Source: a virus
Virus record (IMG/VR): IMGVR_UViG_3300045241_000115
Coordinates: 1 to 64,000 of that record
Reading direction: 5' to 3' (one strand)
Length of the DNA: 64,000 bases
This document shows, piece after piece, positions 47,291 through 56,181 of this stretch. Under the pieces are notes generated by a model that saw only the letters and a program-made list of their open reading frames with translations, was not told the origin of the DNA and ran no database searches. Every line of letters starts with the position of its first letter. The first letter of the stretch is position 1. The translations under genes and the position numbers were made by a program.

Positions 47291-47806
47291 TCAGATGTTG
47301 TAGGCAACCTCGACGATGCCGTTCGCGTCAGCGCCCGACATGAAGATGGCATTGGGCAGAGCGACGCAGGTGCCGGCCGCAGGAGCGACCGCTGTCACGT
47401 TGCCTTGCGTCTGTCCGCCGGCACTCGCGCCCGTCCAGACATTGACGGGAGCGTTCTTCACCGCGGCCGTTGCGCCGCCGAGTTTGACCAGCATGTATCC
47501 GCGCCGCAGCACGTCGACCGTCCCTGCTGGAGGCGGTGTTGCTGCGCCGATCGGATCGTTGAGCGAGCCGGGCGGTACGCCGAAGCCCTGCGTCGGGTAG
47601 GGACGCACGCTCAGACCGTAGAAGCCCGCCACGTCCGCGGTTGCAGGCGGGCGGATCGTGCCGGTCGCAGGATCCATCACGACGACCTGGCCGTAGTACG
47701 TGGGAGGCGTCGTCGTGTTGATCTGCTGGGCCTCGACCGTCGCGTGCTCAACGCGACTGAGTGCCCCGGGAAACCCCGTGGGCATGTTCAAGAGGTATGC
47801 TACCAC
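47291..47806 (-). CDS. Capsid decoration/cement protein
   Basis: MP.G.PG..SR, VRPYP, DVLRRGY, DANG.VEVAYNI. Confidence 0.8.
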   Translation of the reverse strand: MVAYLLNMPTGFPGALSRVEHATVEAQQINTTTPPTYYGQVVVMDPATGTIRPPATADVAGFYGLSVRPYPTQGFGVPPGSLNDPIGAATPPPAGTVDVLRRGYMLVKLGGATAAVKNAPVNVWTGASAGGQTQGNVTAVAPAAGTCVALPNAIFMSGADANGIVEVAYNI

Positions 47807-47840
47807 TTGCCTATCTCCTTTCCTTGCGAGTGGTTGGTAG

Positions 47841-48782
47841 TCACGAGGCGCGACGCGCAGTGCCGCCCCAGGCGGCCCAGCGTTCGGCGTTGCGCTTGTT
47901 GATGTCCTCGATCTTCGCGCGCAGGCTGTCGTTGGTGGCCCGCTGCTGCTGACCGAACTGCGGGCTTGGGATGTTCGCCGCATTGTTCATCGAACGCATG
48001 CGATCGGACGCATCGATGAACAGCATGCGCACCGCATCGCAGGACATCGTCTTGATCGCATCGCTGGTATGACGTCCGATCGCCACCATGCCGCGCTCCG
48101 TGCCGGCCGCCGTCAGCAGAGCGGAACGACGCGTATCGCAGATGCGTTGCCCGGCCTGCTTCATGCGGTCAGGCCCGAGCGCGCCATCGAGAACGCCGAT
48201 CTTGATACCGGGAGCGAGCACTTCCGCGCGCGCCTTGGTATCGCGGATCACCGAGTTCATCGCCGAATTGACACGCGCGACCAACGTCGCATCGCCCATC
48301 ATCGACTTGCCGGTCTTGAGCGCGGGATCGGCCTCCATCAGATCAGGCTCGGCCGATGGCGGATCAGAGGACGTAGCGGCGCCCTCGCCGGGCGGGTCGG
48401 CCAGTTCCTCGTCCTTGGTCTCGTCCTTGTCGTCCTCGTCGTCGTCCTTTTTGGGCGGGAACTCATCGCGCCCGGTCAGTTTGTCGGTGATCGCTTTGAC
48501 CGCGTCGCGCAGCTCTTTCAGAGTGTCGTCGGTCTTCTTTTTCCAATCGTCGTCGTCGTCACCGTTCTTGTCGGGATCGGCATCGCCGGTGCCGTTGCCG
48601 CCTTCGTTGTGGTGATTGTGGATGACGATGGCCTGCTTGCCTTCGTCACCGTCCGGCTCGTCGTGTTCTGGGCCGGCTGCCGCAGCAGCTTCCTCGGCAT
48701 CCAGCACGATCTTCGCGACCGACGCCTTGTCGCGCGCGAAGAACCCTTCGTAGATGTAGTCACGCAACGTGCGCTTGCTCAT
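47841..48782 (-). CDS. Capsid scaffold-like protein
   Basis: Acidic; RAEVLAPG and INKRN..W resemble the usual C-terminal half of DUF2213 proteins; GGAGG RBS. Confidence 0.7.
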   Translation of the reverse strand: MSKRTLRDYIYEGFFARDKASVAKIVLDAEEAAAAAGPEHDEPDGDEGKQAIVIHNHHNEGGNGTGDADPDKNGDDDDDWKKKTDDTLKELRDAVKAITDKLTGRDEFPPKKDDDEDDKDETKDEELADPPGEGAATSSDPPSAEPDLMEADPALKTGKSMMGDATLVARVNSAMNSVIRDTKARAEVLAPGIKIGVLDGALGPDRMKQAGQRICDTRRSALLTAAGTERGMVAIGRHTSDAIKTMSCDAVRMLFIDASDRMRSMNNAANIPSPQFGQQQRATNDSLRAKIEDINKRNAERWAAWGGTARRAS

Positions 48783-48820
48783 CGTTGCCCTCCTTTGCTG
48801 GCAGTAGTCACAGCCGCAAA

Positions 48821-48997
48821 TCACGGCTGGTCGGGCTCGTCGGGATAATCGATGTCCTCGTCGAGCTTCTCGATCGGCGATTTCTGTCCGACCAAGGACG
48901 GCACACCGAGTTGCTCGGCCTCGCCGTCCCACACCACCTCGTCGTCGATGGTGACGATCATGCCGTCGGACGTGTTGCTCTTGGGGTCCTTGGCCAT
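48821..48997 (-). CDS. Small acidic protein
   Basis: MAKDPK..DEPDQP, directly after the ART domain. Confidence 0.5.
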   Translation of the reverse strand: MAKDPKSNTSDGMIVTIDDEVVWDGEAEQLGVPSLVGQKSPIEKLDEDIDYPDEPDQP

Positions 48998-49008
48998 CGC
49001 TTTCCCTT

Positions 49009-52000
49009 TCAGACCGTGGTGCAGCGAACGATGTGCTGCTTGCCGACTTTCTCGATTTCGTAGACATCGAATGCGATGCCGTGCCGCAGCAGCACTTCGT
49101 TCTCTGAGACGTAGGATTTGTCTGCCGCCCATATGCCGAGTGCCGGCGTTCCCTTTCGGGCGACGATTTCGTAGATCACGCTCTTGGATGAGAACGCCGC
49201 TTCCTTCGCCATGCTGGTCGAAGTGAAACCGAGGCGCTGTGGCCGCACGATTTTGCCGGCCGCCAGACCGTCCTTCCATTGCTGCAGCATCGCGTCGGGA
49301 ACGTCCTCGCCGCGTCGCAGTATCGCGTCCGCGTGCAGCACCGCGTCGGGATGCTCGAACAGAAGGTCGATGTCATCGACCATTTCCTGGGCGTATGCCG
49401 GCGCCGTGGCGTCGCTGCGCAATGCACCGTTGATGCCGCCGGACCCGCCTTTGTAGGAGACACATGCGGCCTTGCCGGCCTTGCTCACGTCGGGCTTGGT
49501 CCACCACGAACGATCGAGCGAGGGGCAAATAGCTCTGGCCTGCGGAGCGGCGGCGCTGGGGACGTCGTGTGCCTGCTTACGTTTTGCCTGCGCTATCTCG
49601 AGGCGCTTCTGGTTCGGCGTTCGGACCGCGTTGGGGCTGGGTGTGGTCGAGGAGGACGGGGACGCAGATGTGGCCGGACTCACGGTTCCGACCGGCGTAC
49701 CGCTCAGCTTTTGGATCCATTGGTTGGCAAGTGTTTTGACGGAAGGATCGAGCGATGTGTTCGCCAGCGCGGTGATCTTCGCGATCTTCGCTGCGCTGAT
49801 GTTGGAGGGATCGACCGCGATCTTGAAGATTTGGGCATGTAGCGATGCCGCGCTTTGCGGCGGCGGCGTTGAGGCCGCTGGCTGAGGCGTCGGCGTCGCG
49901 GCCGGTTTGGGCGGTACGGACGCGGTCGGTTTCGGCGCCGCCTTGGCCGAAGGCGTGACGCCATGCGCCGCGCCCACATGGGCGATCATCGTGTTGGCGT
50001 ATTTGGCGATCGATCCGTGTTTATAGTTGCTGGCGAGCTGCTGGATCTGCGCGGCCGCCTCGTGCGGGTCGGTGCCTTTTGTCAGCAATTCCTTGGTGAG
50101 CGCGTGCAGCTTCTTGCCGGCCGGCGTCGACCAATAGGCGGGCGGATGAGGCACGGTCTGCGCCGCAGCCGCGACCTTGCTCCCACCACTGCCGCCGCCG
50201 CCCCCACCGCCGCCCGATGTGAACTCGCCACCGCCCGGGCTGCCCTTCGGCACGCGTGGGTGCTCGCCTTCCACGAAGTCGGCGTCGGCGTAATCGATGT
50301 CCTCGCCGTTGTCGTAGTCGATGTCAGCGCCATCGTCGGCCTCGCCTTCGTCCTCGTCCTCGAGGAATTCCAGCGGGTCGAAGCCCAGCATGGCGATGAC
50401 ATCGGCGGGCGTTACCTCGAGCAGCTCGTCGTCGGGATCCTCGTCATCCTCGTCCGGATCCGGCAGCGGAGATCCGACCTCGCCCCAATGGGCGTCGGGA
50501 AGTTCTCTGTCCCCGTCGTCATCGGCCCATGCAGCGTCCGCAGTGCCGCCGATGCCGGCCGATTGCTGCCATTGCGCGAACACGACCGGCGAGATGTAGG
50601 ACTGCAAGGCGATCGTCGGCGTGTTGCCGAGCTTCTGCGAAACGATGGTGGCGACGTGTTTGACCGCGCGCTTGTACTCGCGCTCGTTGGTCGGCTCCGG
50701 CGTTCTCTCCACTTCATCGAGCGCGGTCTGCGTGCCGAGGTGGGTGCGGAAATCCTTGGTCTTGAACGAGCCGTCGCCGAGCGAGTGGACGTGCTTGAGC
50801 AGCCCGCCTGCGTTGACACCGAACAGATCGCCGCGTGCGCCTGCGGCCTCTTTGCGCTTGAGCAGCATCTTGGCGATGCCGGGGTCCTGGATCGGCAGGT
50901 CGAGGGAGACGCCCTTCTTGCCGGTGAAGCGCAGCCGCACGCCGTCCTTCAGCGAGACGACGTGGCGACCTTGGAGTGTGGTGGCGCCGTATGCCTGCGT
51001 CTCAGCCCCGGTATCGCCGGTGCTGCCGGGCCGGATGCCGGTCGCCATGATCAACGCGGTCGCATCAGCCGCCTCGCGGGTCGCAAGCTCGCGCCGCGCC
51101 GCCTCGTTCTGTTTGCGAACGTCCTTGAACGCCTCGGCGAGCTTCTTGGCGCGCGCGAACTTCGCGGCCGCCTGTTTGGCGGAGAATTCCGCCGAATAGA
51201 CCAATTGCCTGCGACCCTTCACGTCGCGTCCGGTCGCCTGCAGTTTGGCCGCGGGATCGGGCGAATAGGTGACGTCGGTCCAGGCGGGCGGGAGCTTGAG
51301 CTTCTGGATGTGCTCAGGCAGGTCGGCGCCCGACGAAGTGACGCGTTTGCCGTTGGCGACCTTCGTCGTCTCGTGATGAGCGGCAGCGCCACCGCCGCCA
51401 CCGCCACCTGACGTGAACTCACCACCGCCAGGACCGCTTTTGACGCGCGGATGCTCGGACTCAACGAAGGCGTCGTAGCTGTATTCGGGTGTGCCGCTGT
51501 CGAGGATCGTGCATCGGCTGCCGCAGCGACCTTCGTCCACCAACGCCACGTGGTTGCAGAAGATGTTGCGCTGTCGGCCGAGGCCAGGAGCCGTCTGCTC
51601 GTAGTGCGCGTTGTACCCCACGCTGATCGCGCGCTTGCCGCGCTTGACCGCATCGATGCCGCGTCGTGTCGTGAAGATCAGATCCGCAAGCAGCAGGTCA
51701 TCGTAGGCGCCCTCACCGCGGCGCGGATTGGACACGTAGCCTATGGCGAGATCGGAATAGTTGTCTGGCCCGACCGCATCGTACGGATGATCGTCCACCA
51801 GCGGTTTGCCAATGAAGCTGCGCACGCTGTCTGGCGAGAACACTTCGGACGCCTCGCGGTCGACGTGCACGCGCCCGCCCTGGTCGCCCTGCAATGGAGG
51901 GACTTCATTTTCCCAGTAAATCTGCGTGCCGGTGCGCGCGATGGGCACGTTGCGGCAGATCAGGTAGCCTTCGGCGGTCTCTTCCTGATTGGCCGAGAGT

Positions 52001-52023
52001 TTGGAGACGGTATGCCATTCCAT
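49009..52023 (-). CDS. Polyprotein: DUF2213 + type IB topoisomerase + ADP-ribosyltransferase
   Basis: GYLICRNVPIARTG..NHVALV..GRCG; PPAW, GIRPG, GKKG, KDFRT, LGNT, SYI; INGALR, RRG, FTSTS, ENEVLL. Confidence 0.9.
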   Translation of the reverse strand: MEWHTVSKLSANQEETAEGYLICRNVPIARTGTQIYWENEVPPLQGDQGGRVHVDREASEVFSPDSVRSFIGKPLVDDHPYDAVGPDNYSDLAIGYVSNPRRGEGAYDDLLLADLIFTTRRGIDAVKRGKRAISVGYNAHYEQTAPGLGRQRNIFCNHVALVDEGRCGSRCTILDSGTPEYSYDAFVESEHPRVKSGPGGGEFTSGGGGGGGAAAHHETTKVANGKRVTSSGADLPEHIQKLKLPPAWTDVTYSPDPAAKLQATGRDVKGRRQLVYSAEFSAKQAAAKFARAKKLAEAFKDVRKQNEAARRELATREAADATALIMATGIRPGSTGDTGAETQAYGATTLQGRHVVSLKDGVRLRFTGKKGVSLDLPIQDPGIAKMLLKRKEAAGARGDLFGVNAGGLLKHVHSLGDGSFKTKDFRTHLGTQTALDEVERTPEPTNEREYKRAVKHVATIVSQKLGNTPTIALQSYISPVVFAQWQQSAGIGGTADAAWADDDGDRELPDAHWGEVGSPLPDPDEDDEDPDDELLEVTPADVIAMLGFDPLEFLEDEDEGEADDGADIDYDNGEDIDYADADFVEGEHPRVPKGSPGGGEFTSGGGGGGGGSGGSKVAAAAQTVPHPPAYWSTPAGKKLHALTKELLTKGTDPHEAAAQIQQLASNYKHGSIAKYANTMIAHVGAAHGVTPSAKAAPKPTASVPPKPAATPTPQPAASTPPPQSAASLHAQIFKIAVDPSNISAAKIAKITALANTSLDPSVKTLANQWIQKLSGTPVGTVSPATSASPSSSTTPSPNAVRTPNQKRLEIAQAKRKQAHDVPSAAAPQARAICPSLDRSWWTKPDVSKAGKAACVSYKGGSGGINGALRSDATAPAYAQEMVDDIDLLFEHPDAVLHADAILRRGEDVPDAMLQQWKDGLAAGKIVRPQRLGFTSTSMAKEAAFSSKSVIYEIVARKGTPALGIWAADKSYVSENEVLLRHGIAFDVYEIEKVGKQHIVRCTTV

Positions 52024-52209
52024 GATGACGGGGCGCCTCCCCTGACCGACGAGGAACGACACAAGCAGCAAAAGTTGCGGCTGTGGGCTATGGAGTTGTC
52101 CTATTCCATGCCGGAATTAGACGACCTGATGCTCGGTCGGCCGCCTCGTCCGCCGCCGTCATTCTGGCAGCGCGTGAAGCGTTGGTTTCGGCGGCTTTAT
52201 CGCGACTGA
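52012..52209 (+). CDS. 65-aa antisense protein containing a major-capsid-like segment
   Basis: GGAG RBS; LRLWAMELSYSMPEL vs capsid LRLWAQELSYTMPEL; C-terminal FWQRVKRWFRRL. Confidence 0.65.
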   Translation: MPFHDDGAPPLTDEERHKQQKLRLWAMELSYSMPELDDLMLGRPPRPPPSFWQRVKRWFRRLYRD

Positions 52210-52248
52210 TAGACGCGCACGCGCCCGTTGCGCATCACGTCGCTGCGT

Positions 52249-52539
52249 TCATCGCCGAGTGACCTTGACGCGGCCTGACGGCATCACATCGATGCGCAAA
52301 ATGCGCCTGGTCGCGCTGTCCTTCGGCTTTTGACGTGCCGCCTTGGTTTTGGCGTTACGCTCGAACGCCGACTCCTTGCCCTCCCAGTACTCTTCCTCTT
52401 TCGGCTTCTCGGCCATGGCATCTACCCCTGTGATCGTGCCCTTGTTCTTGGAGCGGTAGAACACCTCCTCGCCCTTCTCCTCGCCGTACTGCTCCTTCAT
52501 GGCCGCGAGGATCTTCTCGCCCTTCGCCGTCAACGGCAT
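52249..52539 (-). CDS. Conserved head-module hypothetical protein
   Basis: MPLT.KG.KI..AM..QYG..KGE.VFY.S.NKG.I.G. Confidence 0.75.
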   Translation of the reverse strand: MPLTAKGEKILAAMKEQYGEEKGEEVFYRSKNKGTITGVDAMAEKPKEEEYWEGKESAFERNAKTKAARQKPKDSATRRILRIDVMPSGRVKVTRR

Positions 52540-52796
52540 CAGCCGTCTAACTCGCAGGGATCGATCATGTACATGACCGCCGACAGCATCGCCGCCTTGG
52601 CCTCTGGATCAACGGTCAACTCGCGCAACTGGTCGTGGATCAGGAAACACATCGCCAGCAGCACTTCGCCGCGCGAGTGGCCGACCGCCGCTTTATCCAG
52701 TTTCCTCGCCAGCGCTTCCACGCGATCCTTATCGAATAAGCGGCCCGGCTCCAGCGCATACAGAATGTCGTCGGTGAGCTGCATCACGGTTTCCAT
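52539..52796 (-). CDS. Hypothetical protein
   Basis: TGATG coupling. Confidence 0.5.
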   Translation of the reverse strand: METVMQLTDDILYALEPGRLFDKDRVEALARKLDKAAVGHSRGEVLLAMCFLIHDQLRELTVDPEAKAAMLSAVMYMIDPCELDG

Positions 52797-52869
52797 ACGG
52801 AGATCACCGTCGCGACGATCAGCACGAGCGCGATGTTGATGAGCAACTGTGCGGTGAGACGGTGCATCG

Positions 52870-53406
52870 TCACCTCCCCCGAGAGAGTACGAACCGGGCG
52901 GGATAGTTGATAGCGCCCCATCGCGGCGTCGCCCTGCCCACCATACCGGCCCGCTCCATCACCTTGATCTGCTCGTAGACCGCCACCCGCGTCAGTCCAC
53001 AGCCCGCGGCGATCTCAGCAACGGTGACGTCGTTGTGTGAGGCCAGGAATTCCGTTATCCGCTTCTGTCGCGACGGCCCCACCAGCGTATCCTCGCGATT
53101 AACTTCCGGGGATGTTTTCAGTCGGGCGCGATAGGCAGCGCGTTTGATCGCGATGAACCGCAACGGCGCGGTCTGGCTGAGGCCCGGCTTGATAATGCGA
53201 TAGACGGCCATCGGTTTGTCGTCGATCCGCACGAGATAACTATGACGCGACGCGCCGCCGCCTATCACGACACCATGGCCTTCAACGATGGGATGTCCGC
53301 CGACCGCCGCACCGTGCACCACCACGCGGTCACCAATCTGAAACGGCGCATCCGACGGGATCGGATGAGCGTATTGCGGCGTCATCCTGCGGTTCGCGCG
53401 CGGCAT
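52870..53406 (-). CDS. Protein with C-terminal winged HTH
   Basis: TVAEIAAGCGLTRVAVYEQIKVMERAGMV. Confidence 0.6.
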   Translation of the reverse strand: MPRANRRMTPQYAHPIPSDAPFQIGDRVVVHGAAVGGHPIVEGHGVVIGGGASRHSYLVRIDDKPMAVYRIIKPGLSQTAPLRFIAIKRAAYRARLKTSPEVNREDTLVGPSRQKRITEFLASHNDVTVAEIAAGCGLTRVAVYEQIKVMERAGMVGRATPRWGAINYPARFVLSRGR

Positions 53407-53409
53407 ACC

Positions 53410-54222
53410 TCAGTCAGGGATGATCGGCAGCGCGACGCAACGACAATTCCAAATCTGGCCGGGATGGCTGTGATAGTCGGGCGGATCAGACAGCGGCGGA
53501 TCATCCCAACTGTGCACCGAATGGTTGAGCTTGCGATGCGACGGCCGGACTTTCCAATCGCCCACCGTCTGCCAGATGTACTGCTCGGCACCGATATGCT
53601 TGGCCCGTGCCTGGGTCAGCACCGAGGCTGTGCGCGCCGTCTCGGTTCTGGCGATCAGCGTCGCGCGGTTCTTCAGCCATTCCTCCGTCGCCTTGGGATG
53701 CGCCTCGGCAAGCGCCTCCTCGATTTCCGCTGTGCGCTCGGGATATCGCGCCGAAGTCTCCAATGCGGCGACCGTGCGCTCGTGCACGCGCTCGGCGGCT
53801 TCGGTGGGCAATGACGTGATCAATTCGACCTGCTCGGCGAGTAATTGCTGCATGTGTTCGCCGGTCGGGGCGTTGCGGATTTCCATCTGCAGGCCGGCGG
53901 ACATGCGGGCGGTGTATTTCTGCCACGCCGTTTTGTTGCGTCGATTGACCTCGCGGATCATGCGCCACGCCGTCGCCCGCGCCCACGGCGTGATCGCCGT
54001 CTTATAGGCGCGCATCGCTTCGCGGATACGAGCGAGCTGCGCCGGCGTGAACGGCGTCTTGGGATCCTCGGGCGCATGCGCCTCGACGATGCGCGCGATA
54101 TGGCGCGCAGCCTGACGCAGTTGAGCGCCGTACGAGGCCTGAGCGTTGCGGGCCTTCTGGAATTGGGCCTCGGCTGCTTCCGCCTGACGTTGTGCTTTGC
54201 GGCGTTCCGATTGCGACGGCAT
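53410..54222 (-). CDS. MuF/gp7 head morphogenesis protein
   Basis: RATLIARTETAR, YIWQT.GD..VRPSH, HPGQIWNCRC. Confidence 0.9.
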   Translation of the reverse strand: MPSQSERRKAQRQAEAAEAQFQKARNAQASYGAQLRQAARHIARIVEAHAPEDPKTPFTPAQLARIREAMRAYKTAITPWARATAWRMIREVNRRNKTAWQKYTARMSAGLQMEIRNAPTGEHMQQLLAEQVELITSLPTEAAERVHERTVAALETSARYPERTAEIEEALAEAHPKATEEWLKNRATLIARTETARTASVLTQARAKHIGAEQYIWQTVGDWKVRPSHRKLNHSVHSWDDPPLSDPPDYHSHPGQIWNCRCVALPIIPD

Positions 54223-54226
54223 CGCA

Positions 54227-54652
54227 TCAGACGTTCGGCGGATCCTTGAGCGCCAGCGGGTTGTCGCGCGCCCATTGGTTCCAGGCAACCGCCAGATCGT
54301 AGTCGGCGAACTTGGCGTAGATCGGCCGGTTTGCGCCGTTGTTGGTCGCCAGCGCATAGAACATCTCGGTCGGTGTGCCGCGCGCGATGTCGGGAGCGAA
54401 CAGCGTGGTGCCTTCGCGCACGATCCAAGCCGGCGATTTGACCGGCGATGTGTCAGGCGGCGGTCCCCCCATCGAGCCGAGGATCACCGGCACGACCGGT
54501 ACCGCGCCCGTCTCATCGACGAGCCATGCCAGCACGGGGTTGTCGTGCAGGATCACCCAGGCGAGGCCGGGCCCGATACCATCGACGGGGTCGGGATTGT
54601 ATTCGCAGGTGACCAAAATCGAGCCGGTGACCGGTGCAACGGCGAGGGTCAT
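54227..54652 (-). CDS. Hypothetical protein
   Basis: ATGA-coupled to the portal gene. Confidence 0.6.
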   Translation of the reverse strand: MTLAVAPVTGSILVTCEYNPDPVDGIGPGLAWVILHDNPVLAWLVDETGAVPVVPVILGSMGGPPPDTSPVKSPAWIVREGTTLFAPDIARGTPTEMFYALATNNGANRPIYAKFADYDLAVAWNQWARDNPLALKDPPNV

Positions 54653-56181
54653 TCCTCATTCTCCATGCTGCTCGCGGCACCATTGCCGCTCTTGGGAACG
54701 GGGGTCGAGACGCCCGGCATTCCTGGACCGACGCCCCCGCCAGCGCCGTTCGTCTTGCCACCAGGGGCCGCTCCGGGCATTCCCGGCATCGTCTCTCCAG
54801 GCTCGGGCTGCTCCCACGGCGCGGGCGCCTCGCCTGCGTCCTCGATGTCCTGCTCGGAGATGTTCGTGAACCTGCCTGTTTGGATGCTGCTCTGTTTCAA
54901 CTCTTTCAGCGCGATCTGCGTGGTGATCACGCCGGCGTCGTGCAGCAGCTTGATTGTATCGGAGTCGCGTTGCGCGACCTCGGCCTTTTCCATCTCGTTC
55001 AACTGATAGAGCGAGTTGAAGGTGAACGCGAACGTATCGGGCGTATCGGTGCCAAGCGTGCTGCGCCATATCACGTCGAACAGCTTGGTCAGCGGCCTGC
55101 GCAACCGCGCCTCCTGCTGCGCCTTGATCATGTCATAGTACTGCCGGAGGTCGCTTTCCCCGGTAGAGTTCAGCCCAGCCGGCGATTGACCGAACAGCCG
55201 CACGAGCGGAATGCCGAGGGCGCCCGAGATCTGCTGGCCCAGCATCAGCAACGTCTCAGACAGACCAGCGAACGAATACGAGTGCGTTTCGAATTCATCC
55301 TCGGCATCGATGACCGTCAGCCCTTCGTTGGACTGATAAATCCGCATCAGTTCCATCAGCTTGTGGAACTTCTCGGTCAGCTCGGAATTGAATGCGACGA
55401 GGTTGCGGTAGTCTTTGACCTTGTACGTGCGCAGATAGGCTTTATAGAGAAGCTGCGCGGTGCCCATCGTGCCGCTGTCAAATGCGACGAGACGGTCCTG
55501 CAACCGCTCGATCACGCTCATGCCCCACAGGTTCTCAGTGATGCGTTGATTGAACGGCAGCCCGATGCCGTCGAGACGAATGCAGCGGGAGTAATGCACC
55601 TTCATGTTCGGCAGATACGGCGCCTGCTGAACCACGTCGTACTGCACGGGCATGCCGTAATCGGGGCCGAACTCCTTGACGAGGTTCTGATACGTTGGCT
55701 GGACCATCCAACGATCCAGCACGACGAAGCCTTTGAGCTGATCCTTCGCGATGCGGTCGGTCAGCAAAGGCTGCGCCGTGTCCTGACCGTCGATCATCAT
55801 GACCATCAGCGCGCCGCCGTACAGCCGGCTCCATTTGATCGTGTCGCCCAAGCTCTGCCACATGCAGAGTTCGTTGATGCGGGTGTGGATTTTTTCGATG
55901 TCGTCAGGCGGCGTGTCGGAATTCATGATCACGCCGGCCCGCGTCATGTCGTCGGCCACCACATCAACCGCGGCGCCGACGACCCACGAGCCGCGATACA
56001 TCCACTCGAGCTTCTGCCGCAGGCGAGTGAGCGGCAGATAGCCGTAGGTCGTGGCCGCCATCAGGTTTTGCGTGCCGATGCCCACGCGCGCGGCGAAGTT
56101 CTCCACCGAGTCCGTCGTCATGGCGCCTTCCCATGACGATGCACCGGCGCGCACCCGGATGCGTGGGCGCGTGCCTGACAT
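54649..56181 (-). CDS. Portal protein (DUF1073)
   Basis: YRGSW..VD..ADDMTR, WSRLYGG, IPLVRLFGQSPAGLNSTGESD..YYD. Confidence 0.9.
   Translation of the reverse strand: MSGTRPRIRVRAGASSWEGAMTTDSVENFAARVGIGTQNLMAATTYGYLPLTRLRQKLEWMYRGSWVVGAAVDVVADDMTRAGVIMNSDTPPDDIEKIHTRINELCMWQSLGDTIKWSRLYGGALMVMMIDGQDTAQPLLTDRIAKDQLKGFVVLDRWMVQPTYQNLVKEFGPDYGMPVQYDVVQQAPYLPNMKVHYSRCIRLDGIGLPFNQRITENLWGMSVIERLQDRLVAFDSGTMGTAQLLYKAYLRTYKVKDYRNLVAFNSELTEKFHKLMELMRIYQSNEGLTVIDAEDEFETHSYSFAGLSETLLMLGQQISGALGIPLVRLFGQSPAGLNSTGESDLRQYYDMIKAQQEARLRRPLTKLFDVIWRSTLGTDTPDTFAFTFNSLYQLNEMEKAEVAQRDSDTIKLLHDAGVITTQIALKELKQSSIQTGRFTNISEQDIEDAGEAPAPWEQPEPGETMPGMPGAAPGGKTNGAGGGVGPGMPGVSTPVPKSGNGAASSMENEE

Noticed and set aside
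52198-52290. Tandem peptide echo DVMPSGRVKV / DVMRNGRVRV on the minus strand
   Set aside because: Very short with no clear start; probably a remnant of an older gene end, not a gene.
53410-54222. MuF polymorphic toxin
   Set aside because: MuF ends right after NCRC with no toxin extension; the cargo is on DUF2213 instead.
49963-56136. Long opposite-strand ORFs such as 49963-51411 and 54634-56136, and similar ones elsewhere
   Set aside because: These are shadow frames of high-GC genes with no motifs or RBS. Only the final 65 codons of 51451-52209 were kept.
54649-56181. Anti-CBASS Acb1 nuclease, a label often given to DUF1073 proteins
   Set aside because: Position and motifs indicate a portal, and no paired HxT phosphoesterase motifs were seen.
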